Notes: generated by a model not told the origin, from the sequence alone. Shown: positions 19,123 to 28,663, numbered from the stretch's first letter. The stretch is 49,994 nt of DNA from Myxococcota bacterium (GCA_039028615.1 JBCCHT010000062.1:1-49994), one strand, 5' to 3'. Translations and numbers: made by a program.

Positions 19123-20838
19123 ATGACCTTCCTCGAGGCCGCGATCGAAATTCTTCGAGACGCCGACGGTCCGCTCCATTTCGCCGAAGTGGCGAAGCGG
19201 GCGGTCGAGGGCAATCTGCTGTCGCACGTCGGGCGTGACCCGGAAGCCGCCATGCGTTCGTGCCTGATGTCGGCTGTCCGCAAGGGGCACGACGGCGCGG
19301 ATCCGATCGTCATTCGGGACAAGCCCGGCATCTACGGGCTACGCCCCGGAGCCGAGCTGCCCCCGCGTGCGGCCAAGCCTGCGGCCAAGAAGAAGAAGGC
19401 CTCGAAAAAAACAAGCAAATCGGTGAGTTCAGTGTCAGAAGCCAAAGCGTCGGACGAAGCTCCCGAGCGGAAGCGACGTCGGCGAACCAAGGCTCGTGGC
19501 GAGGCGCCTGCGCCCGTCTCGGTCGAGGTCCTGCCGGCACGCAAGACCACCAAGAAGACCAAGACCAAGGCGAAGGCGAAGGCCAAGTCTCGGTCGAAGG
19601 CGGCGGCCAAGGCCTCCAAGGCCGAGCCCCAAGTCGAGGCGCCCGCGGCCGAGCCCGAGGTGACCGAGGCGGTGGAAACCGCGGCCGAGCCCGCGCCCGC
19701 CCCCGCGGTCGAGCCCGCCGAGGCGGCTGCCTCCGCGCCCAAAAAAGAGGTCGAGTTCGAGGCGCCGTCGGGGTCCGGGCTCGAGGGGATCACCGATGTC
19801 GCCTTGGTCATGGCCAACGCGATGTCCCGCCTGGTCGAGGAGCGCCCCGAGCTGCGTGACGAACTCGACGCCATGCAGGCACCGGCCGAGGAAGCCCCCG
19901 CCCAGCCTCCCAAGGAGCCGGCCAAGCCGCCCCGTCAGGCCAAAGAGTCCCGGTCCTCGTCGCGATCGGAGCGCCACGATCGCTCCGACCGACGTCCAGC
20001 CGACGAGGAGCGCGGTAGCCGTCGTCGCCGTCGTCGCCGCCGTCGCGGCAAGCGCGTGGACTGGTCGGCGGGCGAGAACGCGCGTTCGGCGGCCGAATCC
20101 CTGCACGATACGTTGCTCGACAGCGTGATGTCCGTGCTCGAGGAGGCGGGCTCCCGCTCCCTGCACGTGCGCCAGATCGCCGAGACGCTCGCCAGCAAGG
20201 GCATCCTGGGCGGCGAGATTTCCGAGATCGAGCGGGCCGTCACCGCGGCCGTGCTGCTCGACATCCGCAACTACGGCCGGGCCTCCCGCTTCGCCGCGCG
20301 CGGCGACGCTCGCTACCAGCTGCAGGGCACCCGCCTGCCCGACAAAGCCTCCAAGGCCGAGCAGGCATTGCGGGCTGCGGCGCGGACTCTCGAGGTCGAG
20401 ACACGCGAGCAAATTCTCCAATGGCTTCAGTCTCTTGGGGCACGAGCCCTCGAGTCGTTGGTGAGGATCTATCTTCAGCGTGAGAGCTTCACGTTGCTGT
20501 CCGCGTTGCCGCCCAGCCGAGGCCTAGGCAAGCTGGTCGTCGAGGACCCGGATCCGGAGTTCGACGAGGCCCGCCTGCTGGTGCTGGTCGTGCCCCGTCG
20601 CACCACGCTCGAGCCGAAGGCCTGGGAGGTCGAGGTCGAGCGCAACCACTGCGGCGGCGTCCTGATGTTCGCGATGGGTGAGATCGAAGAGGGCAGCGCG
20701 GGCGACGCCCGCGTTATCGGCGCGTCCGAGCTGGCGCACTGGATGGTCGAGCAAAAGGTCGGAGTCGACCAGCTCGAGATCACGGTGCCCGCCATCGACC
20801 CGACCTTCATCGAGTCCATCGGCGGCCTCGACACCTAG
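19123..20838 (+). CDS. Double HARE-HTH protein with Lys/Ala/Pro-rich linker and degenerate C-terminal Mrr-like domain
   Basis: MTFLEAAIEILRDADGPLHFAEVAKRA is a typical HARE-HTH start. Second copy at VMSVLEEAGSRSLHVRQIAE. C-terminus resembles Mrr_cat (ESLVRIYL...ELAHWMVEQKVGV...IDPTF). Confidence 0.75.
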   Translation: MTFLEAAIEILRDADGPLHFAEVAKRAVEGNLLSHVGRDPEAAMRSCLMSAVRKGHDGADPIVIRDKPGIYGLRPGAELPPRAAKPAAKKKKASKKTSKSVSSVSEAKASDEAPERKRRRRTKARGEAPAPVSVEVLPARKTTKKTKTKAKAKAKSRSKAAAKASKAEPQVEAPAAEPEVTEAVETAAEPAPAPAVEPAEAAASAPKKEVEFEAPSGSGLEGITDVALVMANAMSRLVEERPELRDELDAMQAPAEEAPAQPPKEPAKPPRQAKESRSSSRSERHDRSDRRPADEERGSRRRRRRRRRGKRVDWSAGENARSAAESLHDTLLDSVMSVLEEAGSRSLHVRQIAETLASKGILGGEISEIERAVTAAVLLDIRNYGRASRFAARGDARYQLQGTRLPDKASKAEQALRAAARTLEVETREQILQWLQSLGARALESLVRIYLQRESFTLLSALPPSRGLGKLVVEDPDPEFDEARLLVLVVPRRTTLEPKAWEVEVERNHCGGVLMFAMGEIEEGSAGDARVIGASELAHWMVEQKVGVDQLEITVPAIDPTFIESIGGLDT

Positions 20839-21001
20839 AACTCATCTCATAAACCCTCGCGCGGCGATAACGTGGCCCCCGTCGACGAGCGCCGCGTTGC
20901 CAATCCTTGAAGTACGCCGAGTACGCCGGCGAATTGGCGCCTTGCTCTCGTCGACGCTGACCACGTTCTCACCCCACGAGGGTTTATGAGATGAGTTCTA
21001 G
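20835..21001. mobile_element. Putative MITE / fold-back palindromic element with 25-bp perfect terminal inverted repeats ending in CTAG
   Basis: CTAGAACTCATCTCATAAACCCTCG (20835-20859) is the exact reverse complement of 20977-21001. Imperfect complementarity continues about 45 bp inward. No transposase. Confidence 0.8.
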
Positions 21002-21025
21002 TCGAGCCGAGTCGTTGGAGTCGCG

Positions 21026-21751
21026 ATGAGCGCGCCACCACCACCGCCACCCCCCGAGCTGATCCAAGCGGTCTGGCTCGGGCGTCGCGCGTTTGCGCCC
21101 ACCCTCGAACTCCAGAAAGCCACGCGGGACGCGCTGGCCTCGGACACGGGCCCGGCCACCATCCTGCTCGTCGAGCACCCGCCGACCTTGACCTTGGGGC
21201 GGCGGGGAGAGCGCGATGATGTGCTCTGGAGCCCCGACATCCTGAGGGCCCGCGGGGTCGATGTCTGCGAGACCCCGCGTGGAGGCCAGGTCACGCTGCA
21301 CGCGCCGGGTCAGCTCGTTGCCTATCCCATCGTCCGGATCGGCTGGCGCGTCCGCGAGCACATCACGCGGCTCGGCCGGGTTGCCCATCAGTTCTTCGAG
21401 GAACTCGGCGTGCAAGGCGCGGAGTTTCGAATCGAGCACCCCGGCATCTGGATCGGTCTCCAGAAGATCGCCTCCATCGGCGTGCACGTCAGCCGCGGCG
21501 TCACCATCCAGGGCATCGCCATGAACCTCGACGTCGACGCCAACCTGTTCGGGTCGCTCGTGTCGTGCGGGATGCAAGGCCCCGTCATGCGCAATGCCCG
21601 TGATTTTGGTGCACGCGAGATCGACATCGCCGACGCCGCCCGTCGCTGGGCCGAGCTGTTCGCTGCGGACCTCGATGTGCCGCTTCAATGGGCCGACCCG
21701 GAGCCCGCCGCCGAACCGAGCGCCGAGCCCACCCCGTCTGTAGGCGGGTGA
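21026..21751 (+). CDS. lipB: Octanoyltransferase LipB
   Basis: LLVEHPPTLTLGRRG, RGGQVTLHAPGQLVAYP, KIASIGV, GIAMN, LVSCG. Confidence 0.92.
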   Translation: MSAPPPPPPPELIQAVWLGRRAFAPTLELQKATRDALASDTGPATILLVEHPPTLTLGRRGERDDVLWSPDILRARGVDVCETPRGGQVTLHAPGQLVAYPIVRIGWRVREHITRLGRVAHQFFEELGVQGAEFRIEHPGIWIGLQKIASIGVHVSRGVTIQGIAMNLDVDANLFGSLVSCGMQGPVMRNARDFGAREIDIADAARRWAELFAADLDVPLQWADPEPAAEPSAEPTPSVGG

Positions 21752-22677
21752 CCGTGCGTGCTATCGTCTGCGTCGTGCCGAACCGGCGCCGTTGCGGGCC
21801 GTGGCGGTGGGTTTTCGGCCTGCTGTTGGCAACCGCCTGCCGAGAGCCGACCCCGACCCCGACCGACTCCGAGGAGCAGTATGTGCTCACCGTCGAGGCG
21901 AGCGGGCGCGGCGGTGGGGGGCGAGGTCAAGGCGTCTGGGCCCAGGAGGTCGTGCGCGATGCGCTCTCCGACTCGGTCTGGTTTCGTGCGCGTGGCTCGG
22001 GGCCCCAGCTGTCGGCCTCGGTCGTCTACGAAGAGCGCGAGCTCGAGAGCGGGATTCCCGTGCTCCGGGTCCAGCTGACCATCGACGCCGACGCGAAACT
22101 CGCGCAAGATCTGGCCTCGATCGGCGAGGAAGCGGAGGCCTACGTCGAGCTCGAGAACCGCGATCAGACCATCGACCTGCGGCGCGATCTTCCGTATGCC
22201 GTGGAGCGCGCGATCTCGATCGTGGATACCAAGGTGACCACCGCCCGCGGCGACGAGAGTGAAGTCGGTCGTCTGCTCGAGGACAAAGACCCGGAGGTCA
22301 TCATCGTGGCCTTGGCGGGGATTCGCCAGCGTCGTTGGCGCGCTCTGGGCGATGCGGTGTTTGCGTTGACCGATCATCAGGATCCGCGGGTCGCGATTGC
22401 CGCGGTCCACTGCCTCGGCGCCATCGGCGGGCCTGAGCATGCGCCCGGGATGTTGCGAGCGGCTCGGCTCGCCGACCGGGCGCACGCCAACCGACTCTAT
22501 GAGGCGCTCGCCAATCTCGGTGGCGAGCACGCCCGCGGCTTCCTCGAGTTTGCCGCCCGCAACGAAGACGACCCCGAGATGGCCGACATCGCCGAACGCG
22601 CGTTGGCACATCTCGAGTCGGTCGAGCCCGCACCGTTGGCGACCGACAGCGGCGTCGGCCGGGGGCATCGCCAATGA
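21748..22677 (+). CDS. HEAT-repeat lipoprotein
   Basis: Lipobox-like LLLATAC. HEAT repeats (DPRVAIAAVHCLGAIG). GTGA overlap with lipB stop; exact start uncertain. Confidence 0.65.
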   Translation: MTVRAIVCVVPNRRRCGPWRWVFGLLLATACREPTPTPTDSEEQYVLTVEASGRGGGGRGQGVWAQEVVRDALSDSVWFRARGSGPQLSASVVYEERELESGIPVLRVQLTIDADAKLAQDLASIGEEAEAYVELENRDQTIDLRRDLPYAVERAISIVDTKVTTARGDESEVGRLLEDKDPEVIIVALAGIRQRRWRALGDAVFALTDHQDPRVAIAAVHCLGAIGGPEHAPGMLRAARLADRAHANRLYEALANLGGEHARGFLEFAARNEDDPEMADIAERALAHLESVEPAPLATDSGVGRGHRQ

Positions 22678-23669
22678 CCGGCCTGTGTGCACTCGCGTTG
22701 GCGGGGTTGGTCGCCGGGGTTGGCGGGCAAGAACCTGAGGCCGAGCCGCCCCGTGCCGATGGCGGGTCGACCTCGGCAACAGGGCCCGCGGAGGGCTCGG
22801 CGCCGAGTGACCCGTCGCCGATTGAAGACCCGTCGGATTCCGCAGGACCCCCAGAGCCCGGGGAGGGCTCGGGGTCGAGCGAACCGCCGCCGACCGGGGA
22901 TGTCGCCGAGTCGGCCCCGGCACCAGAGCCAGGCGAGGGGGTGGGTTCGAGCGAGCCACCGCCGACCGGGGATGCAGCCGGTTCCGCACCGACGGCGGCC
23001 GAGGCGGAGGCCGAGATCCAAGCGCCCGCTCCTCTACCTCCGGGTCCGGCGACGCCACCTCCCGATGCGACCGCGCTCGAAGAGGCGAGGGGCGGGGGCG
23101 GATACACTCCGTTGCCGCCACCTCCGGCCGCCGAAGACCCATCGACGATCACACCCGAGACCCCCTGGCGAGGTCGGGGTTGGCTCGGGCTGGGCCTCGG
23201 GGTCTCGATCCCGGTCGGCGGCCAGGCCCCCGCGCGGGGAGGGGTGGTGGCGGTCGTCGGCGAGCTGACCCTCGGCTGGCGAATTCTGCCGTTTCTCGCG
23301 CTGCACACGTCGGTCTCGAGCTTCGCCCACGACGCGGGGCAGCGAACCGTGACCGTCGAGGGGCAGGACATCGACGAAGTGGCGGTCGGGCGGGTGACCG
23401 CGTTCGACCTCGCGACGGCTCGGTTCTTCCTCCCGCGACCGGGGCGTTTCGAGCCATGGGCGGAGATCGGCGGTGGCGTGGGCGTTCGGCGCGGGCCCTT
23501 TGCCGACACCCGCGAAGCGGCGGGCCTGGCGAGGTTCGGCGTGGGCGCCGATCTTTGGTTGGCACCCACCTTCACCGCGGGTGCATCGGCCGCCTACCGC
23601 TTGATGGTCCTCGACAATACGGTAGGCCACGGCCTCCGTGTTGGGTTGGATCTCGGCATCCACTGGTAG
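22674..23669 (+). CDS. Exported protein with Pro/Glu-rich linker and C-terminal small outer-membrane beta-barrel
   Basis: Signal-like N-terminus, alternating beta-strand pattern, ends LRVGLDLGIHW (terminal aromatic residue). ATGA overlap with the previous gene. Confidence 0.7.
   Translation: MTGLCALALAGLVAGVGGQEPEAEPPRADGGSTSATGPAEGSAPSDPSPIEDPSDSAGPPEPGEGSGSSEPPPTGDVAESAPAPEPGEGVGSSEPPPTGDAAGSAPTAAEAEAEIQAPAPLPPGPATPPPDATALEEARGGGGYTPLPPPPAAEDPSTITPETPWRGRGWLGLGLGVSIPVGGQAPARGGVVAVVGELTLGWRILPFLALHTSVSSFAHDAGQRTVTVEGQDIDEVAVGRVTAFDLATARFFLPRPGRFEPWAEIGGGVGVRRGPFADTREAAGLARFGVGADLWLAPTFTAGASAAYRLMVLDNTVGHGLRVGLDLGIHW
22851..22986 (+). repeat. In-frame tandem duplication, 72-bp period (PEPGEGxGSSEPPPTGDxAxS x2)
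   Basis: Copies start at 22851 and 22923. Confidence 0.8.
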
Positions 23670-23836
23670 GTGCGCATTGCGCATCGGCGCTCTGCATTCG
23701 AGGGAAATCGCCCTTGGACGCCGCTACGAGTGCGCTGCGGCCCACGGGAAGAAAATTCAGGCTAGAGGCAACCTTGGGCGCCAATAGTGGTGTCTATTGT
23801 TGAGAGGTGGATGAGCGAGTCAAAGCGACCGCCAAC

Positions 23837-26800
23837 ATGGTTGGCGAGCTCGAGGATCGCTTTACCGAGATCCAGCAGATCGGTGACGGCGCTGAAGGCG
23901 GGGCATGGTCGGCGGTCGAGCGCGCCACCCACCGTCGGGTCGTGCTCAAGCGCGTCCCAGCCGAGCAGTCCCGGGCCGTCCGGTTCGCGTTCGAGGTTCT
24001 CCGCCGCGCGGGTTCTCCGCACCTTCCGCCTCCCCGGGCCCTGATCGAAGCGCCGGGCGGCGCCGCATGGATGGTCACCGACTGGGTCCCGGGCCAGCCG
24101 CTGCCGATGGAGGCCGCACCCCGGGTGGCCGATGCACTGGCCGAGGCGCGAGCCATCGCCCACGCGTTGGCGGCGATCCATGGTGCGGGCACCCACCACG
24201 GCGATGTCTCGGCGGGCAACGTCATCGTGACCCCGACCGGCGGCGTGGTGTTGATCGACCTCGGCCAGCTGGGGCGCCACGGCGTCGGTACACCGGGCTT
24301 CGTGGCGCCGGAAGTGCTCGCGGGTGGCGGGGGCCCGGCCGCCGATCGGTTCTCGCTCGGCTGCGTGTTGTGCCTGCGGCTTCTGGGTCAGACGCCGTGG
24401 CCCCGACCCGAGTCGCTGGTGAAGGTTCGCGGCGGCGCCGACGTTCGAGCGCGGCTCGATGCTCTCGGCGCCGATGTTCTCGACCCGCCGATCCGCGAGC
24501 TGCTCGTGCGATTGCTTCGGCCCGAACCGCAGCAGCGCATCGGCGACTCGATGCAGCTGGTGGCGAGGCTCGGCCGATTGCACGCGGCGGCCGACGCGGG
24601 TCTCGACCTTCGCCAAGCCGAGCCCTGGTGGTTACCCGCCCGCTGGCCCTTCCACGGGTCGTCGCTGGCCGAGGTGGTCGCGCCGTTGCGAGTCGACGCG
24701 CCCCCGCGACTCGTCGCCGTGGCAGGCCCGGCCGGAGTGGGTCGCGGCCGCGTGATCGAAGAGCTCGTGCAGTCGCTGCAGGCCGAGCCCGAGGCTCCCA
24801 CCGCACGAGTGAGTGAGCCCGCTCGGTTGTCCGAGGTGTTGGGGCACGCGGATGCACCGTGGCTCGAAGCCTGGCGGACGGCGACTTCGGGTGAAGTGGT
24901 CGGCGTGCTCGAGGCTCCCGCGTGGCCGCCGGGGCTGGCGTCGCAGTCGACGTCGTCGCAGGTGGCGGTGATGCTCCAGGTCGCGAGCGAGGCGGGGGCC
25001 ACCGTGGTGCTCCCCGTACTCCCCGAGCTCGGCGAAGCCCTGCGAGCCCGCGGGGTCACGGTGGTCGAGGTGCGCCCGTGGTCGGTCGACGACCTCGAGC
25101 GCGTACTGGAGGGGGTCGCCCCCGCGCCCACGCGGAGCGCGTGGGCGCAGCGACTGCATGCGGCGACCGGTGGCTGGCCCGCCGCCGCGGTTCGGGCGGC
25201 CGAGGCCTGTGCGCGGGCCGAGCTCGACGACCCCGAGGCGCCCGCGGTGCTCGATGCCATCGCCGAGACCTCCGACGATGCCTCCGCCCTCGACCCGGGC
25301 ACGGCCCGGGCGGTGATGCTCGCGCTATGGGGCAGCGACGCGGCACTCGCCGCGTTGCCTTCGCATCTGCACGACGGGGAGCGACCCTTCGCCGCCGTCG
25401 AAGCGGCGGCACGACGCAGCCTGGGCGACGAGGTCGGAGCGCTCGCACGAGACGTCGCCGCGCTGGCCCGGGCCGAAGGCGAGACGCTCACCCTCGGGCT
25501 CGCGGTGGATGCCGATCGACCCGAGGCCATCGAGCCCATGCTCGAGTCGATGGCGGTCGAGCCCTCGTCGCTCACCCGCTGGCTCGACGAGGGCGGCGCG
25601 GCACGGCTGCAGCCCGTCGCGGTGGCTGGCCTGATGCGTCGTCGCCTGGCCCGAGGCGATGTCGATGCCGCGGTGAGTCTCGCACCGCATGCCTCGTGTC
25701 CGGCCGGGTGGGTCGTGCATGCACGCGCGTTGCAGCGCCGCGGTCGTTTCGTCGAAGCCCTCGAGCAGGTGCACGCGGCCGTCGATGCCGAGGATGCAGA
25801 CATCGGCTGGAGCGCCCGCGGCCTCGGGTGGCGGCTGCAGATCGACCAGGGCGACGGGGCCAATGCGCTCGCCGATGCCCGCGCTCGGCTGCCCGGCGCA
25901 CCCGAGCATGGCATCGGTTCGGCCACCGCCCGCCTGTGGGGAGCCATGGCCGCGCTGGTGGCCGGAGAGCACGACCTGGCCGAGGCTTGGCTCGATACGG
26001 CCGTCGTCGCCACGGAGCCCGTCGCCGGGGCAGAAGGGGCGGGCATCCGCGCTCGCGCCCACCAGCTACACGGCAATCTCGCCCAAGCCCGCGGCCAGCT
26101 CCGCGCCGCACAAAAGCGCTACGCCCTGGCTGCACGAGATTTCGAGGTCGCCGATGAGCCGGTCGGCGGCCTGATGCTCCGCGGCAGCCTGGCCGGGCTC
26201 GCCGTGCTCGCCTTCGATTTCAGCGCGGGCATCGAACACGGTCGCGCCGCCATGGGCGGGCTGCTCGGTCGCGGGCAGGTCTCGGCCACGCTCGAGGCGG
26301 GCATCAACCTGTTGCAGCTGTTGGTCCGCGTCGGCGCCGACACCCAGGCGACCGCGCTGTCTCGCTTGCTCGACGAGCTGCACGGCAGCTCCGACAACCG
26401 CCTCGTGCGGGCTCGGCTCGAGCGGGCGCGGGCCGAGCTGCTGCTCGCTCGCTTGCGTCCGGGCCCGGGAGCGAGGCCGGCTCCCCGGGGAGCGCGGGCC
26501 GGGGCCGAGTCGGCCTTCGTCAGCGCGGCGAAGCGCCTGAGCCAAGCCGAGGCCAGCGCCGAAGCGGCCGAGGCCTGGCGTCGTGCGGCGAGCTTGGCCC
26601 GGGTGCAAGGCGAGCCCTCCCGCGCCCAGAGTCACCTCGCGGCCGCTCGATCGGCGGCGGGCACCGAGGACGCCGACGCCTGCGCCGAGATCGATCTCGA
26701 GGCCGCGCTGCAAGCCCTCGGCGAGTCCGACCTCGACGGTGTCGACCGAGCGCTGGCCCTCCTCGCTCGCCTGCCGGGCCCTGCGGCGTGGCTCGATCGC

Positions 26801-28663
26801 GGCCGTATCGATCTCGCGTGGTCCTTCGACCGCATCTTGCTCGCGGCGTTGCGCCGTCGGCTTCCCCCCGAACACCCCGCCCGTCGTCGTGCCGCACGAC
26901 GATGGTCGGCCACCCTGGAGCTCGTCATGAAACAAACCGGACCTCTCGATCGCAATGCCGTACGCGGCACGCTGCTCGTCGACGGCGGCGACCCACAGCC
27001 CTTGCGAGACCTGCTGGCCGAGCTCGACGACGCTGCGTTGGCTCCGGCCGCGGCGGCTCCCTCGGCCCCGGCCGCGACGGCGAGCAAGCCCGAGCAGACC
27101 CCGGCCGAGCAGCTGCTCAAGATCTATCGTCGGCTCGTCCGCGAAGATCGACTCGAGCTGCTGCTGCAGCAGGTGGTCGACGCGATGATGGACCTGACCG
27201 ACGCCGAGCGCGGGGCGGTGGTGGTGCAGGCCACCGATCACACCGAGCGCCTCGAGGTCATTCGCGAGCTGGCCGAGGGCAGCGAGGGCGTCCGTTTCTC
27301 CCGCTCGGTCATCGAGCGCGTACTGGCCAACGGGGAGCCGGTGTTGTCGGTCGACGCGGCCGCCGACGATCGCTTCGACGGCTCGCGCAGCATCAGTCAC
27401 CTCAACCTGCGCTCGGTGCTGGCGGTACCGCTGCAGTTCCGCGGCGAGCGACTCGGCGCCGCGTATGTCGACCACCGCCTGCGTCGCGGCAACTTCGACG
27501 AGCAAGACCTCGCCCGCATGGAGGAGTTTGCGGAGCTCGCTGCGCTGGCCGTGGCGCACGCCCGGGCGGTGGCCGAGCTCCGGGCCCAGGCCCGGGCGCT
27601 CGAGGGGCAGCAGGCCGAGCTCAGCCGCTTGCTCGAGGCCCGCGAAGCCGAGGTCATCGGCCTCCGCGAGGAGGTCCGCGCCCAGGGCCCCGCCCCGCGG
27701 GGCTACCGGGGGATCATCGGCGGCACGGGGGTGATGCAGCGGATCTTCAAGCTCATCGATCGGGTCGCCGACGCGGACGTGCCGGTCGTGATCCACGGCG
27801 AGAGCGGCACGGGCAAGGAGCTCGTCGCCCGGGCGCTGCACGAGGCCGGCCCTCGCAGCGTGGGTCCATTCATCGCGGAAAACTGCGGAGCGATCCCCGA
27901 GAGCCTGCTGGAGAGCGTGCTCTTCGGGCACGCCAAGGGAGCCTTCACCGGGGCGATCTCCGCGAAGGCGGGCCTGTTCGAGGCGGCACACGGCGGCACG
28001 ATCTTCCTCGACGAGGTCGGCGAGATGAGCTCGGCCATGCAGACCAAGCTGCTGCGGGTGCTCCAGGAAGGCGAGCTTCGTAGGGTGGGGGACAACCGCA
28101 TGCGGCCGGTCGACGTCCGGGTCATCGCCGCGAGCAACCGAGATCTCGAAGCCATGGTCGAGCGCGGCGACTTCCGTCGTGATCTCTACTACCGGATCAA
28201 CGTGGTGAAGCTCGAGCTGCCTCCGCTGCGCGAGCGTGTCGACGATCTGCCCGCGCTGGTCGAGCACTTCCTCGCCCGTCATGGCAGCGGTCGCGGTCTG
28301 CGAGTGTCCCCGGCCGCGATGCGGTGCCTGGCGCAACACCACTGGCCCGGCAACGTCCGAGAGCTCGAGAACGAGGTGCATCGCTGGGTGGCGTTGGCCG
28401 ACGGCGAGGTCGGCCCCGACGATCTCTCCATGCGCCCCCGCGGCCCGGCCAGCCCCACCGCGGTGCCCCGGCTCGGCGAGGACGACGACCTGCAGATCCG
28501 CCCCCGGGTCGAACGCATGGAGCGGGCCCTCATCGCGCAGGCCATGGAGCGAACCGGACAGAACCAGACGAAGGCAGCAGCCCTGCTCGGTCTTTCGCGC
28601 TACGGTCTGCAGAAGAAGCTGCGCCGCATGGCCGAGGCCGACCCCTCGCGCCAACCAACCTGA
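23837..28663 (+). CDS. Ser/Thr kinase - degenerate P-loop - TPR-like - GAF - sigma54-dependent activator (AAA+, Fis HTH) fusion
   Basis: Kinase motifs VVLKR, HGDVSAGN, DLG, GTPGFVAPE. GPAGVGRG. GAF region (LRSVLAVPL...AYVDHR). GESGTGKE, GAFTGA, LDEVGEM, WPGNVRELEN, C-terminal HTH (NQTKAAALLGLSR). Confidence 0.9.
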   Translation: MVGELEDRFTEIQQIGDGAEGGAWSAVERATHRRVVLKRVPAEQSRAVRFAFEVLRRAGSPHLPPPRALIEAPGGAAWMVTDWVPGQPLPMEAAPRVADALAEARAIAHALAAIHGAGTHHGDVSAGNVIVTPTGGVVLIDLGQLGRHGVGTPGFVAPEVLAGGGGPAADRFSLGCVLCLRLLGQTPWPRPESLVKVRGGADVRARLDALGADVLDPPIRELLVRLLRPEPQQRIGDSMQLVARLGRLHAAADAGLDLRQAEPWWLPARWPFHGSSLAEVVAPLRVDAPPRLVAVAGPAGVGRGRVIEELVQSLQAEPEAPTARVSEPARLSEVLGHADAPWLEAWRTATSGEVVGVLEAPAWPPGLASQSTSSQVAVMLQVASEAGATVVLPVLPELGEALRARGVTVVEVRPWSVDDLERVLEGVAPAPTRSAWAQRLHAATGGWPAAAVRAAEACARAELDDPEAPAVLDAIAETSDDASALDPGTARAVMLALWGSDAALAALPSHLHDGERPFAAVEAAARRSLGDEVGALARDVAALARAEGETLTLGLAVDADRPEAIEPMLESMAVEPSSLTRWLDEGGAARLQPVAVAGLMRRRLARGDVDAAVSLAPHASCPAGWVVHARALQRRGRFVEALEQVHAAVDAEDADIGWSARGLGWRLQIDQGDGANALADARARLPGAPEHGIGSATARLWGAMAALVAGEHDLAEAWLDTAVVATEPVAGAEGAGIRARAHQLHGNLAQARGQLRAAQKRYALAARDFEVADEPVGGLMLRGSLAGLAVLAFDFSAGIEHGRAAMGGLLGRGQVSATLEAGINLLQLLVRVGADTQATALSRLLDELHGSSDNRLVRARLERARAELLLARLRPGPGARPAPRGARAGAESAFVSAAKRLSQAEASAEAAEAWRRAASLARVQGEPSRAQSHLAAARSAAGTEDADACAEIDLEAALQALGESDLDGVDRALALLARLPGPAAWLDRGRIDLAWSFDRILLAALRRRLPPEHPARRRAARRWSATLELVMKQTGPLDRNAVRGTLLVDGGDPQPLRDLLAELDDAALAPAAAAPSAPAATASKPEQTPAEQLLKIYRRLVREDRLELLLQQVVDAMMDLTDAERGAVVVQATDHTERLEVIRELAEGSEGVRFSRSVIERVLANGEPVLSVDAAADDRFDGSRSISHLNLRSVLAVPLQFRGERLGAAYVDHRLRRGNFDEQDLARMEEFAELAALAVAHARAVAELRAQARALEGQQAELSRLLEAREAEVIGLREEVRAQGPAPRGYRGIIGGTGVMQRIFKLIDRVADADVPVVIHGESGTGKELVARALHEAGPRSVGPFIAENCGAIPESLLESVLFGHAKGAFTGAISAKAGLFEAAHGGTIFLDEVGEMSSAMQTKLLRVLQEGELRRVGDNRMRPVDVRVIAASNRDLEAMVERGDFRRDLYYRINVVKLELPPLRERVDDLPALVEHFLARHGSGRGLRVSPAAMRCLAQHHWPGNVRELENEVHRWVALADGEVGPDDLSMRPRGPASPTAVPRLGEDDDLQIRPRVERMERALIAQAMERTGQNQTKAAALLGLSRYGLQKKLRRMAEADPSRQPT

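Noticed and set aside
20847..21050. Small ORFs inside the palindromic element (e.g. 20847-21050 minus, 20678-20989 plus)
   Set aside because: Mirror-image peptides (RTHLINPR on both strands) arise from the inverted repeat; no coding signal.
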